DNA from: Psammoneis japonica
Lineage: Eukaryota
Direction: 5' to 3'
Assembly: GCA_008632985.1 (NCBI GenBank)
Contig: QPGO01000050.1
Location: 1 to 64,000, forward strand
Length of the DNA stretch: 64,000 nt
The position numbers were made by a program, and so were the translations under genes. Within the stretch, counting starts at the first letter, position 1, and each line of letters opens with the position of its first letter. The notes beneath the pieces were generated by a model. The model had not been told where the DNA came from. It did no database searches and saw only the letters and a list, made by a program, of their open reading frames with translations. Positions 1-12,240 of the stretch are shown here, one piece after another.

Positions 1-245
1 GGCTCGCGAGAAAGCTGCTCTCTTGAGTAGCTCTACTAGCAGCTAGCTAGTAGCTAGTGGCTATTACGACTAACACTTAACACTCGAACAGCTGAACTAC
101 CTACTCTCTCTAGCTCCAGAGGGCTACGGCAGTAGCTACTCGCTACTCTACTAGAGTAGAGATAAACTACTCTACTCTACTACTAGCTAGGAGTAGAGTA
201 GAGAGTGTAGAGAATAGAGAGTGCCGACTGACTCCTCTAACTCTA
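1..245. repeat. CTAG/TAG/CTA-rich low-complexity quasi-palindromic array upstream of SEC13
   Basis: Dense runs such as agctagctagtagctag, ctactctactagagtagag and gagtagagtagagag. Confidence 0.7.
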
Positions 246-449
246 CCAACCGCAACTTGCTTCGGCAGGACAGAAATAGCTAATGAGCAAACAAGACCGC
301 GCGACGGGCGGACCGACCGCCAACAATGCCGAGCGATCGTCTGCCTGTTAATCGGTCATGCAATCCTGTTCCTGTAGAAATCTACGAGAAAGATACCGCG
401 GCGGTGGTGGATCTGTTCCACGACGAAGTCATTATCATTTCTCGAAGCC

Positions 450-1493
450 ATGGCCACCGCCGCTCCCCAACCCAACATGCCTATGCAGCAACCTGCTGCT
501 GCACCCGTGGCTCCAGATGGCAGCGAACCCATCTATGTCGATACTCAGCACGATGATATGGTGCACGACGCTCAGTTGGATTACTATGGGTGCAAACTAG
601 CCACGTCTTCGTCGGATCGCACCATAAAGATCTACAATGTGTCTGGCTCCTCCTACGAACACACGGCGACGCTTCAAGGACACGAGGGCCCCGTATGGCA
701 GGTGGCCTGGGCGCATCCTAAGTTTGGTGTCATTTTAGCGTCGTGTTCCTTTGATGGGTCGGTCCTTATTCACAGCGAAACTCGTCCTCGTGACTGGACG
801 TGCCTCTGCGAGAAGAGGCATTTGCATGACTCGAGTGTCAACGGCATTGCGTTCAGTCCTCATGAGTTCGGTCTCATGGTGGCTGCCGCTAGTTCGGATG
901 GGCGTGTCAGTGTCTTGACGCACCAGTCGGATAATAGGTGGGATGTCTATTACATTTCTGATAACTCTCTGGGGGTCAACTCGGTTAGCTGGGCACCGTA
1001 TGGAGCCTATTACAATGCCGACGCTACGGACGAAAGTCCCGAACAGCCCCGTCTAGTGACGGGTGGATGCGATAACCGTATCCGGTTCTGGATTAGAAAC
1101 GCTTCCACAGGAAAATGGGAAGAAGACGATAAGGCTGTGCTTGGCAAACAAGTGCCTCATCATACCGATTGGGTTCGTGATGTGGCGTGGGCACCCTCCA
1201 TCATGCCAAACGTCAACATTGTTGCAAGTTGCTCGGAAGATCGTCGTGTCTTGATTTGGACTCAGACTGGAGGAGTGGACGCCGAGTGGACACCGTCGTT
1301 GCTTCACACCTTTGATGCGCCCGTGTGGAGGTTGAGCTGGAGTGTCACCGGACACATGCTCGCTGTAAGCAGTGGTGATAGCGATGTCACCTTGTGGAAA
1401 TCCGGACTGGACGGCGAATGGACGCAAATGGAAACAACTCTAGATGCATCGACGCCCAGTGCTGCTGGTGCACCGCCGCAGCCACAGGGCTGA
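450..1493 (+). CDS. SEC13: Protein transport protein SEC13 (COPII / Nup84 complex WD40 protein)
   Basis: Intact 347-aa ORF with WD40 repeats and SEC13-typical segments: 'HDDMVHDAQLDYYGCKLATSSSDRTIKI', 'GHEGPVWQVAWAHPKFG', 'HTDWVRDVAWAP', 'VWRLSWSVTGHMLAVS'. Confidence 0.95.
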   Translation: MATAAPQPNMPMQQPAAAPVAPDGSEPIYVDTQHDDMVHDAQLDYYGCKLATSSSDRTIKIYNVSGSSYEHTATLQGHEGPVWQVAWAHPKFGVILASCSFDGSVLIHSETRPRDWTCLCEKRHLHDSSVNGIAFSPHEFGLMVAAASSDGRVSVLTHQSDNRWDVYYISDNSLGVNSVSWAPYGAYYNADATDESPEQPRLVTGGCDNRIRFWIRNASTGKWEEDDKAVLGKQVPHHTDWVRDVAWAPSIMPNVNIVASCSEDRRVLIWTQTGGVDAEWTPSLLHTFDAPVWRLSWSVTGHMLAVSSGDSDVTLWKSGLDGEWTQMETTLDASTPSAAGAPPQPQG

Positions 1494-1759
1494 GCGCTTC
1501 GAGCTCACATATTGTATGCTTAAGCGTAAGTAACAACATTGAATTCGTACACCCATATTATTCGATACAAATTACAGTTGAACCCAAAGCTGCGGTGGTG
1601 GGCATTCGAGCTACGGACCCATCTTGTGTCTCAACAGCTTTCGACAAAAAATAGGGCTAGAATTAGAACCTGCGGAACAGCAACGTTGGATTAATATAAT
1701 TACATTCTCTACAAGTAGAGAGAGCAGAGAGAGAGAGAGAGAGAGAGAAGGCAAGAGAA

Positions 1760-3400
1760 ATGATGAAACTACGCTCCTCTTACCGAGGACCGAGAGCAGT
1801 TCTAACAAAGAGCAGCGAGATTGTTGTCACCTGTTCCTCATTGTGGATGTCGCATCGTCCGTTCCGATTGTTGTTTGTGGGTTGGAACTTGACGATTTTT
1901 GGGGAATGGTTCAATTATGTTGCAGCCATGACTCTGCTCAAGCGAATTGTGGACGATCCGGAAAATGACAAGACAGCCATTGTCGTGTTGCTCGTTCTTT
2001 GGTTGTTGCCAGAAGTGGTCTTTTCGGGCGTGGGTGGATTGCTAGCGGACATGTGTGATAGACGATGGTCCATGATTGCCCTCGATACAGTCGCCGGCTG
2101 CCTGGGATTAGTGTACTTGACAGCCTTTCATTCCATGATCTTGGTGTATCTCATTTCGTTCCTGAAAATGACCGAGGGAGCCCTGTACGAACCTTGCGCG
2201 GGATTCATCTTCCCCATGTTGCTCGACAGTGCACACGAACTCAAAAACGCCTCTGTAAGTAATACACGTCCGCGTCAGCAACAATTTCAGAGATCTCTCT
2301 GACATACATTATTGCTGGAACTTTTGCTTCTGATTCAGACCCTATGCGTGTTTTTGAATCACTTTTGGCAGCGCTGGGACTGACCCTTGGTGGCCTAGCC
2401 GTCTCAATGTGGGGCTTGACAACGTGTTTTCGTGCGTACGACGGCGGTGTCCAAAAATGCTTTGAACTTTGGCTCACCCTTTACGATACATATTTTGACG
2501 GTCTACAGTGTGTTCGGAAGTGCGCTATTGACGTGTTTGGTCGGTAGATCTTGGGGTCCGTCCGATGAGGAAGACGATAGTAGTTCTGGAAGTAGCGAGG
2601 ATGAAGAGAATGGGGAAGGAGGTGATAGTAGCCAACAAATAGCGAGGATGAAGAGGCGGAGGACGAAGGGGTCGAAATGTTATTGCAGACGCTACGGGAA
2701 ATGGTCGTGGGAGGAGTCCAGTATCTCATGCGCAGCTTTTTCGGTCTGTTGGTCTTGCTCAATTGCAGTTCGGCCTTGATTTACGGGACCATTGACGTTC
2801 TCGAAGTCTCTTTTTCAGGACGAGGTCCCGACGAGAGTAGAGACAGCTTGCTGCTCGGCACACTGTTTAGTTGGTCTGACTTGGGCGACTTACTCGTGGC
2901 ACTATCATTGCGGAGTATTTCACGGACGTGAAAAATCCCAGTAGTCTGCAACGAGCTTGTGTGTGGTCATTCTTTTCTACCGCAGTTGCCTTTCTCGGCA
3001 TTCGGATCTTCCCTGCCTTGTAAGTCCTTGCATTTTTACGGTATTCGATTCTGCCGGTGCGACCGTGATCGAAATTGCGTCGGAACTATTGCTTCAAGTA
3101 CGTGCACACTAAGCTTTGCTTTGGCACAGTTGTTGGTTCAAAGCTCATTTGTTCCATACTCTATACACATTCATACACTCGGCCTAAGATGCTGGGACGC
3201 GTGTTGGTGATTAACACCACGTTGAGCACGACAACAGAAATTAGTTCCGCCATGCTGGCGGGATGGGTACAGGATACCTTTCATGTGTCGGCGCAGTCGG
3301 TCAGTTTGGGAGCGTCGGTTTTCAGATTTTCCTTCCTTCTTTCGTGGTTCGCCTTTCACAGAAGTGGACAGAGGGGGCAGCCAGTCTACGCGCTCGAGCT
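1760..3400 (+). pseudogene. Major facilitator superfamily (MFS) transporter, disrupted
   Basis: Hydrophobic MFS-like segments are spread over several frames: 'RPFRLLFVGWNLTIFGEWFNYVA', motif A-like 'GGLLADMCDRRWSMIALD', and 'MLGRVLVINTTLSTTTEISSAMLAGWVQD'. There are multiple frameshifts and stops; some could be assembly errors. Confidence 0.65.
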
Positions 3401-3960
3401 AACGCAGGCCATTTTTCCAAGGCATCGCGTGTTTGACAACGTCGAAATCTTAAATCACAGGGCTCCCATGAACTTACATTTGACATTGTGTTATTCAGAG
3501 TCACACCGGTGGTAGCGGGTGATCTTGAAATAACGACTGGAATCATCAACACGATTGTAGTGACAGAAGTGACACTCTGTCTGGGTTACCTCTAGAGAGG
3601 GTGCCAGAAGCAAGTGGCAATCGACGTTATGTTGCCGTTCATCGGACCTTATCAATTGGCTCCAAGACAATGTGTTAAAGACAGAGTACATCAGACAGCT
3701 CAATATAGGGCCCTATGGGAATGCCTCTGAATTGTGGTTTTAAAAAATGTCATGTTTGGCTTTCTGTTCGCCTTATCCTCCCAGCTCTACGTCGAAGAGA
3801 GGTTCACTGGTGTGTCGTATCAAGAGCTAGCCCAAATGAGTAAACGCTTGCAACGGGCAAAGGATGTACATTGGAATGTTTGCAAATGACGGCAACGAGC
3901 AGGTTCCCAGTGCTGATGGTAGTGAGACTGTGGACGCTTAGGAGCTTACTATGGGAAAGG

Positions 3961-4160
3961 ATAGCAACCATGACTGGGGTCGATGATACAACTGTTTCAT
4001 TTGATAGTGATACGGGAAGATTAGATTCCACGAGCAATACCGGTGACATACCAACGGAACAATCGTACTTTGACGATGATAGCAATGATGACTGGATTGA
4101 AGGTACAACTGCTTCATTTGATAGTTGATAGTGCGACGGGGAAGATTAGCTACTCTCACG
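3961..4160 (+). repeat. Degenerate ~120-bp direct repeat pair
   Basis: 'atagcaaccatgactgg...tacaactgtttcatttgatagt...cgggaagattag' (~3961-4025) recurs as 'atagcaatgatgactgg...tacaactgcttcatttgatagt...cggggaagattag' (~4079-4149). Confidence 0.7.
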
Positions 4161-4834
4161 GTGTGGCGTACCTGAACAATCGCTCTTTGACAACAGTTCC
4201 AGTATATCATTCGAACAAGACACAGGTCTGTCCACGGTTGATAAGAAGAGTGGTCATCAAGAGCCAGAAGATGAGTACGTCTTTGATAGAACGCTGAGGA
4301 AATGGATAACTCGGACTAAAGCAGACAATTCTGCTCTTACCGTCGACAGACATGAAACGGTGCGTTATATTTTATCGTTTCATTAAGGTGCTTCTCGTGG
4401 TTGGGATCCCACGTTACCAGCTTAACACCTAACCTGTGACTCCCCTGGTGTTTCAGACTCTTCGAGTTGCTGCAAAGTTCTTTCAACATGCCACGACAGT
4501 GGCCGCTGAACCGCTGAACCACTCATTGAAGATAGTCAGAGGAACGATACTGATAGTATTCCCTTAGATACGAGGCAGATAAGCAGTGAAGGAGTTGTGG
4601 ATTCGATAATGTCGCGCATCGAGGCCTTGTCATCAGAAGCGAGTGAAATCTAAAAGCAAAAGCTAAGAAAACAAAAGATTGGCGGCAAGTTGACAAAGGT
4701 TTTCTTTTCGCCCCAGCGAGATCACTGGTCCATCAACAAACTAGGATCCCGTACGATTGTGTCGAATGAACGCAACTTTCGACAAACAATCGGGGTAGAT
4801 AAGTCGAAGACGATCGAGGACGCCAAACGAGAAC

Positions 4835-5650
4835 TTGCGCAGCTCTCTACTTGAGACTTTGCAGAGTCCCGAGCCAAGGAGGGCGGATTTGAAGAAACAG
4901 ATCATGAGTACAAGGTCCAGTGGAACTGCAGCAACAAGTCGGCTCGCGCCAATACGAAGCGCATTGAACAACTCACCAGCACCATCGAGGAAGTTTTGGC
5001 AGAGGTCAATGATGCCGAGGAGAATGAAGCCCCGGGCGGACACGACGGAACGCGAAGATGATGTGAGCAACGCAGAGCTTCGCGTTCGAGCATTGGGAAC
5101 GAAACGCGAAGAAATCGTCCAGGAGATCAAGAAAATGAGCCCCGGTATTGATGAGGTCAAGAAGAGATTGGAGGAAGTCGCTGCAAGAAACCAATATGTT
5201 CGTGCAGACTTGGAACGAGCCGAAGTTGAGCTTGAGAAGTATTACAGCTCGCTGTCTCAGAGAAAGGAGCTCGCCGAGAAAAGAAAGCTGCGAAACTGCA
5301 ACAGGCTAACATGACAAGTTACTTCGAAACCCAGGCGCCTGACGTATACAAGAGATTCCTCCGCTAAGAAGAAAGAGCAGGCTCTGCCTGATGATGAAGA
5401 CGGCGATAAGAGCATTACTTTGTCGTCACAGGAAGAAACTTTGACACCGCCGGATGACGTATTGAACGCGATTGAGCCAAAACGAACCCGCAAGGAGCCT
5501 TTGCACTACCGGACTCGCATCGAAAAAGCGAAGAAGAAGCGAATCACGGAGGAACGCGAGCGCCGCAGTTCATCAGATGTGGACCCCGATGAAGCCTACC
5601 TGAAGTACAGAAATGAAGAAACGGCAGACTCGCTAAAAGCAGTGGCGTAG
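4835..5650 (+). pseudogene. Fragmented charged coiled-coil protein remnant
   Basis: E/K/R-rich heptad-like ORF pieces (4835-5314, 5420-5650) in different frames; no recognisable family. Confidence 0.3.
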
Positions 5651-6311
5651 ACATATCGAGGACATGACTTAATGTTACCTTTGACGAAATACTTCACAAG
5701 GAAGGCAGTGCAGGTAACTTGCAGCTCAACCGTAAGTCCATGATGCTGGATCTTAGTGTTCAAAAGGACAACATGAACGATATGAGAAAAACTAGTGATG
5801 TCAAGGCGTTGAGCTATGCTGGTGCCGTTGTTGCGAGAGAAATGACTGGTCAGTTTCCCTAAGCAATATCTCTTTGATTTCGTTATCGCGGTGGAGGTGA
5901 CCGTATAGTTCACCATCTTATCGTTGATTTTAGCGCTAGTTGAAGAACTCGAAATCCCATTTCGTGTCATGGATGCATTTGATGTTTTTATGGATAACAT
6001 GTCTCGTGCGATTGCATTGGCTCAACTGGTACGGTATGGAAGGCGATTCTTTATGTACAGCTCTGCATTGCACCTATCGATGTAATTTCACCTGTGCCTG
6101 TACTCTTTCTTTCGTTCCAGGTCCATGTTTTGAAGCCCATGGAAAATCGCCAGTTCATCTTTATCACCCCTCAAGATTTGTCGTTTCTTCAGTCTGATCC
6201 GATGCTGACGATTATCAAAATGAAGCCACCTGCACGAAGCGCCAATGTCGGTGGACCGCAACAGCAGACGCTTGACTAGCAGGCGACACAGGATTGTTAG
6301 AATTGCTGCAA

Positions 6312-6607
6312 CACTCTGTGAATTGTAGAAGTAGTATTTTGCAGTTGTCTCGAGACTTCTGTCTGCTGGGGTTTACAATTCATTCGACTAGTCAAATATT
6401 CTTTCGGATGCCGCAGGATAGGAGTAGTCCTGTGCCTGTGCGGTACGTGTTCATCGATGCCCACTCTGTGAATTGTAGAAGTAGTATTTTGCAGTTGTCT
6501 CGAGACTTCTGTCTGCTGGGGTTTACAATTCATTCGACTAGTCAAAATATTCTTTCGGATGCCGCAGGATAGGAGTAGTCCTGTGCGGTACGTCTTCATC
6601 GATGCCC
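6312..6607 (+). repeat. Near-perfect tandem duplication, ~150-bp unit x2
   Basis: A unit beginning cactctgtgaattgtagaagtag starts at 6312 and again at 6462. The copies differ by a 1-bp and a 6-bp indel and one substitution. Confidence 0.95.
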
Positions 6608-7220
6608 AGGAGTCACATTCTGCCAGTATAGTGCCGATAGCGAGAGTCTCTACTCTAGAGTGTGTTCGAACGACCGGAAGCAATCCCCTCAACTCTAGCG
6701 TCTTTCTACTAGAGCAGTGCTTTGTTGAGGTAGGAGTTTAGAAAACAGTTATAGTTTAAACTAGGATGCCTTAGTTCCAAGAAAGAATCAAGCTCTAGCC
6801 TTTGCAGGCTTTCTAGCTAGAGTACCTGGCAACGAGAGAGGACGAGATGGAGCTCTAGGCCTACATATCGGTTCAAATGGAAGATTGAAGCTTTCTGTCG
6901 TTGTGCTTGCGTTAGCTTTGTCTTCGATATATTAATGACTTTGACGTTGCATTTATTTGTACGCAAAACCCATGAGCCTAAGAACCTGAATGCCTTGTGA
7001 TACAGATACCTTTTGGAGGTCTCAGGTACTGTACCATTCCGATGGAACAAGGAAGACTGTTGAAACGTGAGCAGCTTTGGGTCCTTCCACAACTCTTTCG
7101 AGGTGAAAGAGCTTGATTAGTCACACAAAAACGCGGATCGGGATGGGTTGCACTGTGCGAACGACTTGGACGACTCTGAGCTCTTGGACTAGGACTTGGG
7201 AAGGCCGTAAGAAAAGTACG

Positions 7221-8027
7221 TACAAGTTCACACATCATATTGTCCAAATTAAACTGACGACTTTTGTCGTTTCGCCATCTTCGTTGTCTTCATCTTGTTC
7301 CTCCTGCAGTACTTTGAGCCCTTCTCCAGTCCAATTCATTCGGAGCATCATGAGTCGAGTGTAACGCTTGATCGTTTGGGGCCCGCCCTCGCAGATGGCA
7401 GATGACACATGCCAGTGACGGGCTTTCGCATTCCAAGACACCAACCGCGATGTAGTTTGCTGCACGTTCACAAAATCAACCTTCGTCCGATGGTATGTAT
7501 GCCCCATGTCTTTGACGTAAAAGAACGCTAAAAGATACCGATTGGGACGTATCTTCTGTGAGCTGGTTAATTTTTCTTTCCCGTCGTTGTTCCTTGGTGA
7601 GGATACGTTCCTCGTTTCTGCATGTTTGCCCATTGTCTCGCCTGGATTTCTCTAAAACCTTTTGTTCATTTAACTTGGATCAGACACGGCTTGGTCTCCC
7701 AGGACTTGGATGAAATTCTTGAGAGTCAAGCGAGGCTCTGGCGCTGGGATGAGTCCCACCTCCTGCATATCTTTAATCTTACGCTGCTTCTCCTCCCGTC
7801 GCTTTTTGCGCTGTCGCTTCAGTTCCTTGGTCCGATGCAGGGTCGGCTGTTTTGCTGGGCCATCCACTGCACCTGGCGGCTTGATGGGTACAACGTGCTG
7901 AACCAAGGTGCATGTCTTCGAGTGCGATAGTGACGCCTGACCCCAACACTGCTTGTCTGGTTGCTGTAGCTTGTTTTCTTCTAGTTTTGACTCGTCTTCA
8001 TGTTCTGTATTGCTGCTAGCGTCTAGT
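7221..8027 (-). pseudogene. Partial, frameshifted duplicate of PRP3 (copy of ~46633-47428)
   Basis: Direct nucleotide and peptide match to the PRP3 gene in this window ('QHVVPIKPPGAVDGPAKQPTLH', 'PAPEPRLTLKNFIQVLGDQAV', 'KDMGHTYHRTKVD', 'IKRYTRLMM.RMNWTGEG'), with indels. Confidence 0.92.
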
Positions 8028-9060
8028 CCATTGCGACAACATTCTGACTACATCTGTAAAGAGCTGGCTTGCCGCACATCAGACAATGAGTATCCCCAAA
8101 AATGTGCACTCCAACTATGCCAGTGTCCAAGCTATGGCTGACAACGATGGTTTTTGCAATTGAAATGAAAGCCGCACATCCAGCCCTGAAACCTGCTTCA
8201 ATCGCAGCCGCATCATGAAAATCAATCGAACCATAGCCAAAGGCAATGGGATCAGCGGTTGGTTCCCTTTCTTCTCCAAGCACAGGAAGCGGTGTTCTGC
8301 CCTTGTCGATGAGGGTCTGAAACATTGCTTCTCCCCAAAAGAGTACATGCCGGACAAACATACTCGTAACGCCCGTGAAGAAACCGGCCAGTATCCCAGC
8401 TATGGCAGCTCGAGTTGGTTCATACGGAATACCACGCATTCGTAATAGTCTGCTGGACGTTTTCCACATCCGTTCGGAGAGACTCAAGCTCTTGTTCCCG
8501 GCCCTTTTAGTAAAGCAGAGCTCGAAAGCATCACGGGCGTGACTTCGTCGTCAGCCTCTTTTATCTTGCGAAAGGATTCTTCTAGTCAAGCGTTTCCTTT
8601 CTCAACGATATGTATCTTTTCGTTCCCCCCCTCTTCCTCCTCATGCTCTACCTCAACGTCATATGTGGCATGAAACCAATCATTTGACATGACTTTGAGT
8701 TTCGTGACGGCATCGCCGAAAATCACTCCAACAACAGCACCGACGAGGCTGTAAACCATGGCAATGTAATAGATAGGGCTGGGCAACGCCGTGGCAAGAA
8801 ATGGATAGTTGTAGTAGCCGGTGACATCATTCCTCAGAATCATGCGGTTCACCAAAACGGCGACAACAGACGCAACAGTGGAGGGTGGAGCGCTTCAAAG
8901 TAGAAGTATTTCAAGCACAAAGAGTGCTCCCCGCCATGGGAAATCCGAAGAAGCCAGCTACTGCCGCCGACGCAAAGTCAAGTTCATGGCTCTTGCAAAG
9001 ACTCACTGTCGCGTCAAGACACCCAAGTAGGAGCCAATCATGCCACATGCCACCAGTCAA
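8028..9060 (-). pseudogene. CLC voltage-gated chloride channel / H+ antiporter fragment, disrupted
   Basis: CLC-like segments 'AAVAGFFGFPMAG', 'YNYPFLATAL', 'HVLFWGEA.FQTLID' and 'IAKTIVV..SL.TGIVG.H', split across frames. Confidence 0.7.
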
Positions 9061-10530
9061 AATTAGGGAGCTCGGGTCCCAAGGATAGACCTGGACACTA
9101 CTACCCATCGTCTCCGCCATGTGTGAGTAAGTTATTATGCAGATTCAACATCAATGGAGAGGCCAGCAGAGATGTCTCCGGGGATAGCACCACCCTGAAC
9201 CGATTTTTTTTTGGGAGCTCAAGTGCAACGACAGACCTGCCGATCCGATCACAGACGACGCTTTCCAAGTACATTCTTCCGCGTACGGCCACTTGTCCGC
9301 TGAAAACCAGGTATGCGAATTTTCCGCGTCAGTTGTGCTATGATAGGTTTCGGGGTTATCGAACTCTGCCGCACCTCGGAGGGCTGTCTTTGAAAACGTT
9401 TCCGCAGAGACAGCGTGCCGGTTGATTCACTCTCGTTGCTCGAGTCGTCCTGCAGGGAAGATGTGACCGGGACGCCCATCATAAACGCCACGGCAACTAG
9501 AGCCAAGACCCAGCCGCTGACGCAGCAGATCACCAATTTGCGGCGATCGCACATTTTGTTGCCTGTCGATAAAGGACTCTTTATGCACGAGATCCAGGTA
9601 AACTTCTTCGTTTCCAGCAGGTGCCAACTTACTTTTCTCTTTGGACAACAGCTGCTATTGATGTCGCTGCTGTCGCTCTTGTCGCGCTGCTCTGCTAGAA
9701 GTAACAATCGCGTTGCAGCTCTTCTATAGAGGCGACAATCGCTTCAGGTTTCTGGCGAGAAAACAAATCGTGTCCTCGCTTCGTACTCTTTCCGTACACT
9801 GGAATGATGCAAAGTTCAAGAAATATACTAGACGCCACATACTTGTGTGCGAGGTCCTCCCGGAATCTTCGACTGCGCAGAAAGTAGGGAGATGAATGAG
9901 AGAATGGTGAGACGGACGGAAGAAGATAGAGCAGCTTCTATCTAATGATCTTTTTACAGTAAAAAGCAAAATAACTTACTCAATGTTTCAAGCCCCAGAT
10001 GAATATGTGTCGGTTGCGTTTGTTGGTTGCTGTTGTAGGTAAATTGGGAGCGGTATGTTTTGTTGAGTGATGCACCCACGCACAAGGTGTTGCGTTGACG
10101 ACTCCTCATGATGCGCACACTTCGCTCGATGCGAACCCCAAATAATTCGATGCTCAAATGCGCGGGAAAGTTGTGGCGGGCTCGATTCCATGACACGCGA
10201 GTCTTGTTCAGGCAAGCAAGTGCCACACACATTCGACACAGCATCATTTTTGCGTTCTCGTTTTGGTAGACCTCAACTTCTAATTGGTTCCGATGGCGGG
10301 ACTAATCAAGCCAGCAGCGACAAAATTTCGCGACACACATGAAGGCGTTTCTGTTCATTGTAAGCGCTTTCTCCAACAAACCCAAGATCAGAGGCTATCA
10401 CAAGCGATAGCATTTTAACCTCCAACTTGTTTGGTCGAAGAAGATTGACCCCCTGTCGATTTTTCCCGCTCGCTTGGATATTCTTCCCTCGCCAAATTTT
10501 TCGAGGGCTTCGTGTCGAACGAACCACACA

Positions 10531-11514
10531 ATGTCAGAGATCACATCGGACATCGAAGTTTTGAATCGTTTAGGTGTCGGCTCTTTCGGCGAAGAGTATT
10601 TTCGCGCCAAGCACGTTAGCACGGGAGATATTGTCTTGCTGAAGAAACAAGCTAAGGAGCATAACAAGCCTCAAACGGACAACAATACAGAAGTGAACAT
10701 TTTGTCCAAGTGCCACTCACCCTTTATAGTGAGCTTCCTTGGCTCGTTTGTGGTGCCAAACCCCCCATCACCTCCCTTGCTGTGTACAGTTCTAGAATAT
10801 TGTGAGAGTGGAAGCATGTCGAGTATTCTAAAGCGAGTCATCGATGAAAACGATGCTCTCATTCCCGAAGCCTGCGTTCGAGCTGCTATTGCAAGCGTTG
10901 CACTTGCTCTCGACTATTTGCATCGAACTGTGAATGTCTACCATCGAGATATTCGATGTAAGAATATTCTCCTCACCAAGAATGGCCAAGTCAAGCTGTC
11001 GGGCTTTCAACAGGCAATTGACGTGAAAAATGCATTAAGACGAAGGGCAGCGGTATCAACAGGTAGCGTTCACTGGATTGCGCCAGAAGTACTTCAAGAT
11101 ACGTTCTTTTACGACGGACATGCGGATATTTGGTCCCTTGGAATCACTCTTATCGAAATGGCTCAAGGGACACCACCGCATGCAACCCTCAGTCCTGAGC
11201 AAGCATCCTTGTGCATCCCAGCCAAGGTAGCGCCTTCACTATCTGACCCAGACGAATGGTCCCCTGAAATGCTTGACTTCCAAAGAGACTGTTGTCAAAA
11301 GGACCCATCCAAACGACCGGATAGTGTCTTGTCCTTGACCAGACACCCATTCATAAAGCAAGAAGTATTTGCGTTGAAGGAAATGCATTCATTTCACAAG
11401 AATCAACATCTTGAGCTGTCTCCAACTTCCGTTGTCGACTCCTCGCCTCGTGATGCAAATATCTCGGGTTTGCCAGCCTTAATTTGGTTGGTACAACAAG
11501 GGACAGGCACGTGA
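10531..11514 (+). CDS. STE20/MST-like serine/threonine protein kinase, probably a pseudokinase
   Basis: Kinase motifs: 'LGVGSFG', 'HSPFIVSFLGSF', 'LEYCESGSM', 'HRDIRCKNILL', 'GSVHWIAPEV', 'ADIWSLGITLIEMAQGTPP'. The DFG position reads 'GFQ'. Confidence 0.85.
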   Translation: MSEITSDIEVLNRLGVGSFGEEYFRAKHVSTGDIVLLKKQAKEHNKPQTDNNTEVNILSKCHSPFIVSFLGSFVVPNPPSPPLLCTVLEYCESGSMSSILKRVIDENDALIPEACVRAAIASVALALDYLHRTVNVYHRDIRCKNILLTKNGQVKLSGFQQAIDVKNALRRRAAVSTGSVHWIAPEVLQDTFFYDGHADIWSLGITLIEMAQGTPPHATLSPEQASLCIPAKVAPSLSDPDEWSPEMLDFQRDCCQKDPSKRPDSVLSLTRHPFIKQEVFALKEMHSFHKNQHLELSPTSVVDSSPRDANISGLPALIWLVQQGTGT

Positions 11515-11811
11515 GCGAGTTTGAAAGCTGCGCACTGCACGGGAAGGTTCAAGAGAGTACGGTATACTGCTACACAGCTATTCTCTCTTCCGGATTCATA
11601 TATGTTTTCGCATTTCTTTTTATAATATGGTAACCTTTCTATATAGAGCAAATAAATAGATCAACATTCCCTCTACAGTACCGACAGAGTGTCGTCCAGT
11701 TTCTACCATATAATACTTTTTCTAAGACTTCATTCGACGTATCTGCCAAAATCAAAACCGAACCTCTTTCGTCTGATGTTCAACGCAGTTCGCCTCAAGC
11801 TGGATGGCATC

Positions 11812-12240
11812 CTACTTCCTCTTGCGCAGGGCATCGGCGTCTCCCTTTCCCCACATATCAGCATCGCGCTCTTTCATTTCCTCGAAAGCCTCCTCTCCTC
11901 CCTGCATCAAGATGGGAACACCAGCCGTCAGAATCACAGCAATTCCAGCAGCCCAGGCAAGACCAATGGGCGCATCTACAGCTCCATACTCATAATTATC
12001 AGCTTCTTCCGCCAGAGCTACAAGAGGTGCCGCCCACGATGTCATGATGGCTGCGGCTACTGCTCCGAATGCACCCTGGGACTTCTTCGCCGCCGTTTCA
12101 ACGTCGTTCGGGCCTTCCTTCAAGGGACGTGCCATGGAGGTGCGGGAAAACGCCCTCTGGTTTGTGGGAACCACAAAGGCAGAGGAAGTCATCACCAGGA
12201 GACCAAAGAGAAACGTCGTCAAAGTGATACGGCTGATCAT
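11812..12240 (-). CDS. Small plastid-targeted single-pass thylakoid protein (PsbW class 2-like, tentative)
   Basis: Signal peptide ending 'SSAF', then a transit peptide and a second hydrophobic lumen signal ending 'ALA'. The mature part reads 'EYGAVDAPIGLAWAAGIAVILTAGVPILMQGGEEAFEEMKERD'. Confidence 0.65.
   Translation of the reverse strand: MISRITLTTFLFGLLVMTSSAFVVPTNQRAFSRTSMARPLKEGPNDVETAAKKSQGAFGAVAAAIMTSWAAPLVALAEEADNYEYGAVDAPIGLAWAAGIAVILTAGVPILMQGGEEAFEEMKERDADMWGKGDADALRKRK

Noticed and set aside
1717..1749. (GA)n tract; also (CTT)n at ~21212 and (AAAC)n at ~25000
   Set aside because: Ordinary microsatellites with no further structure.
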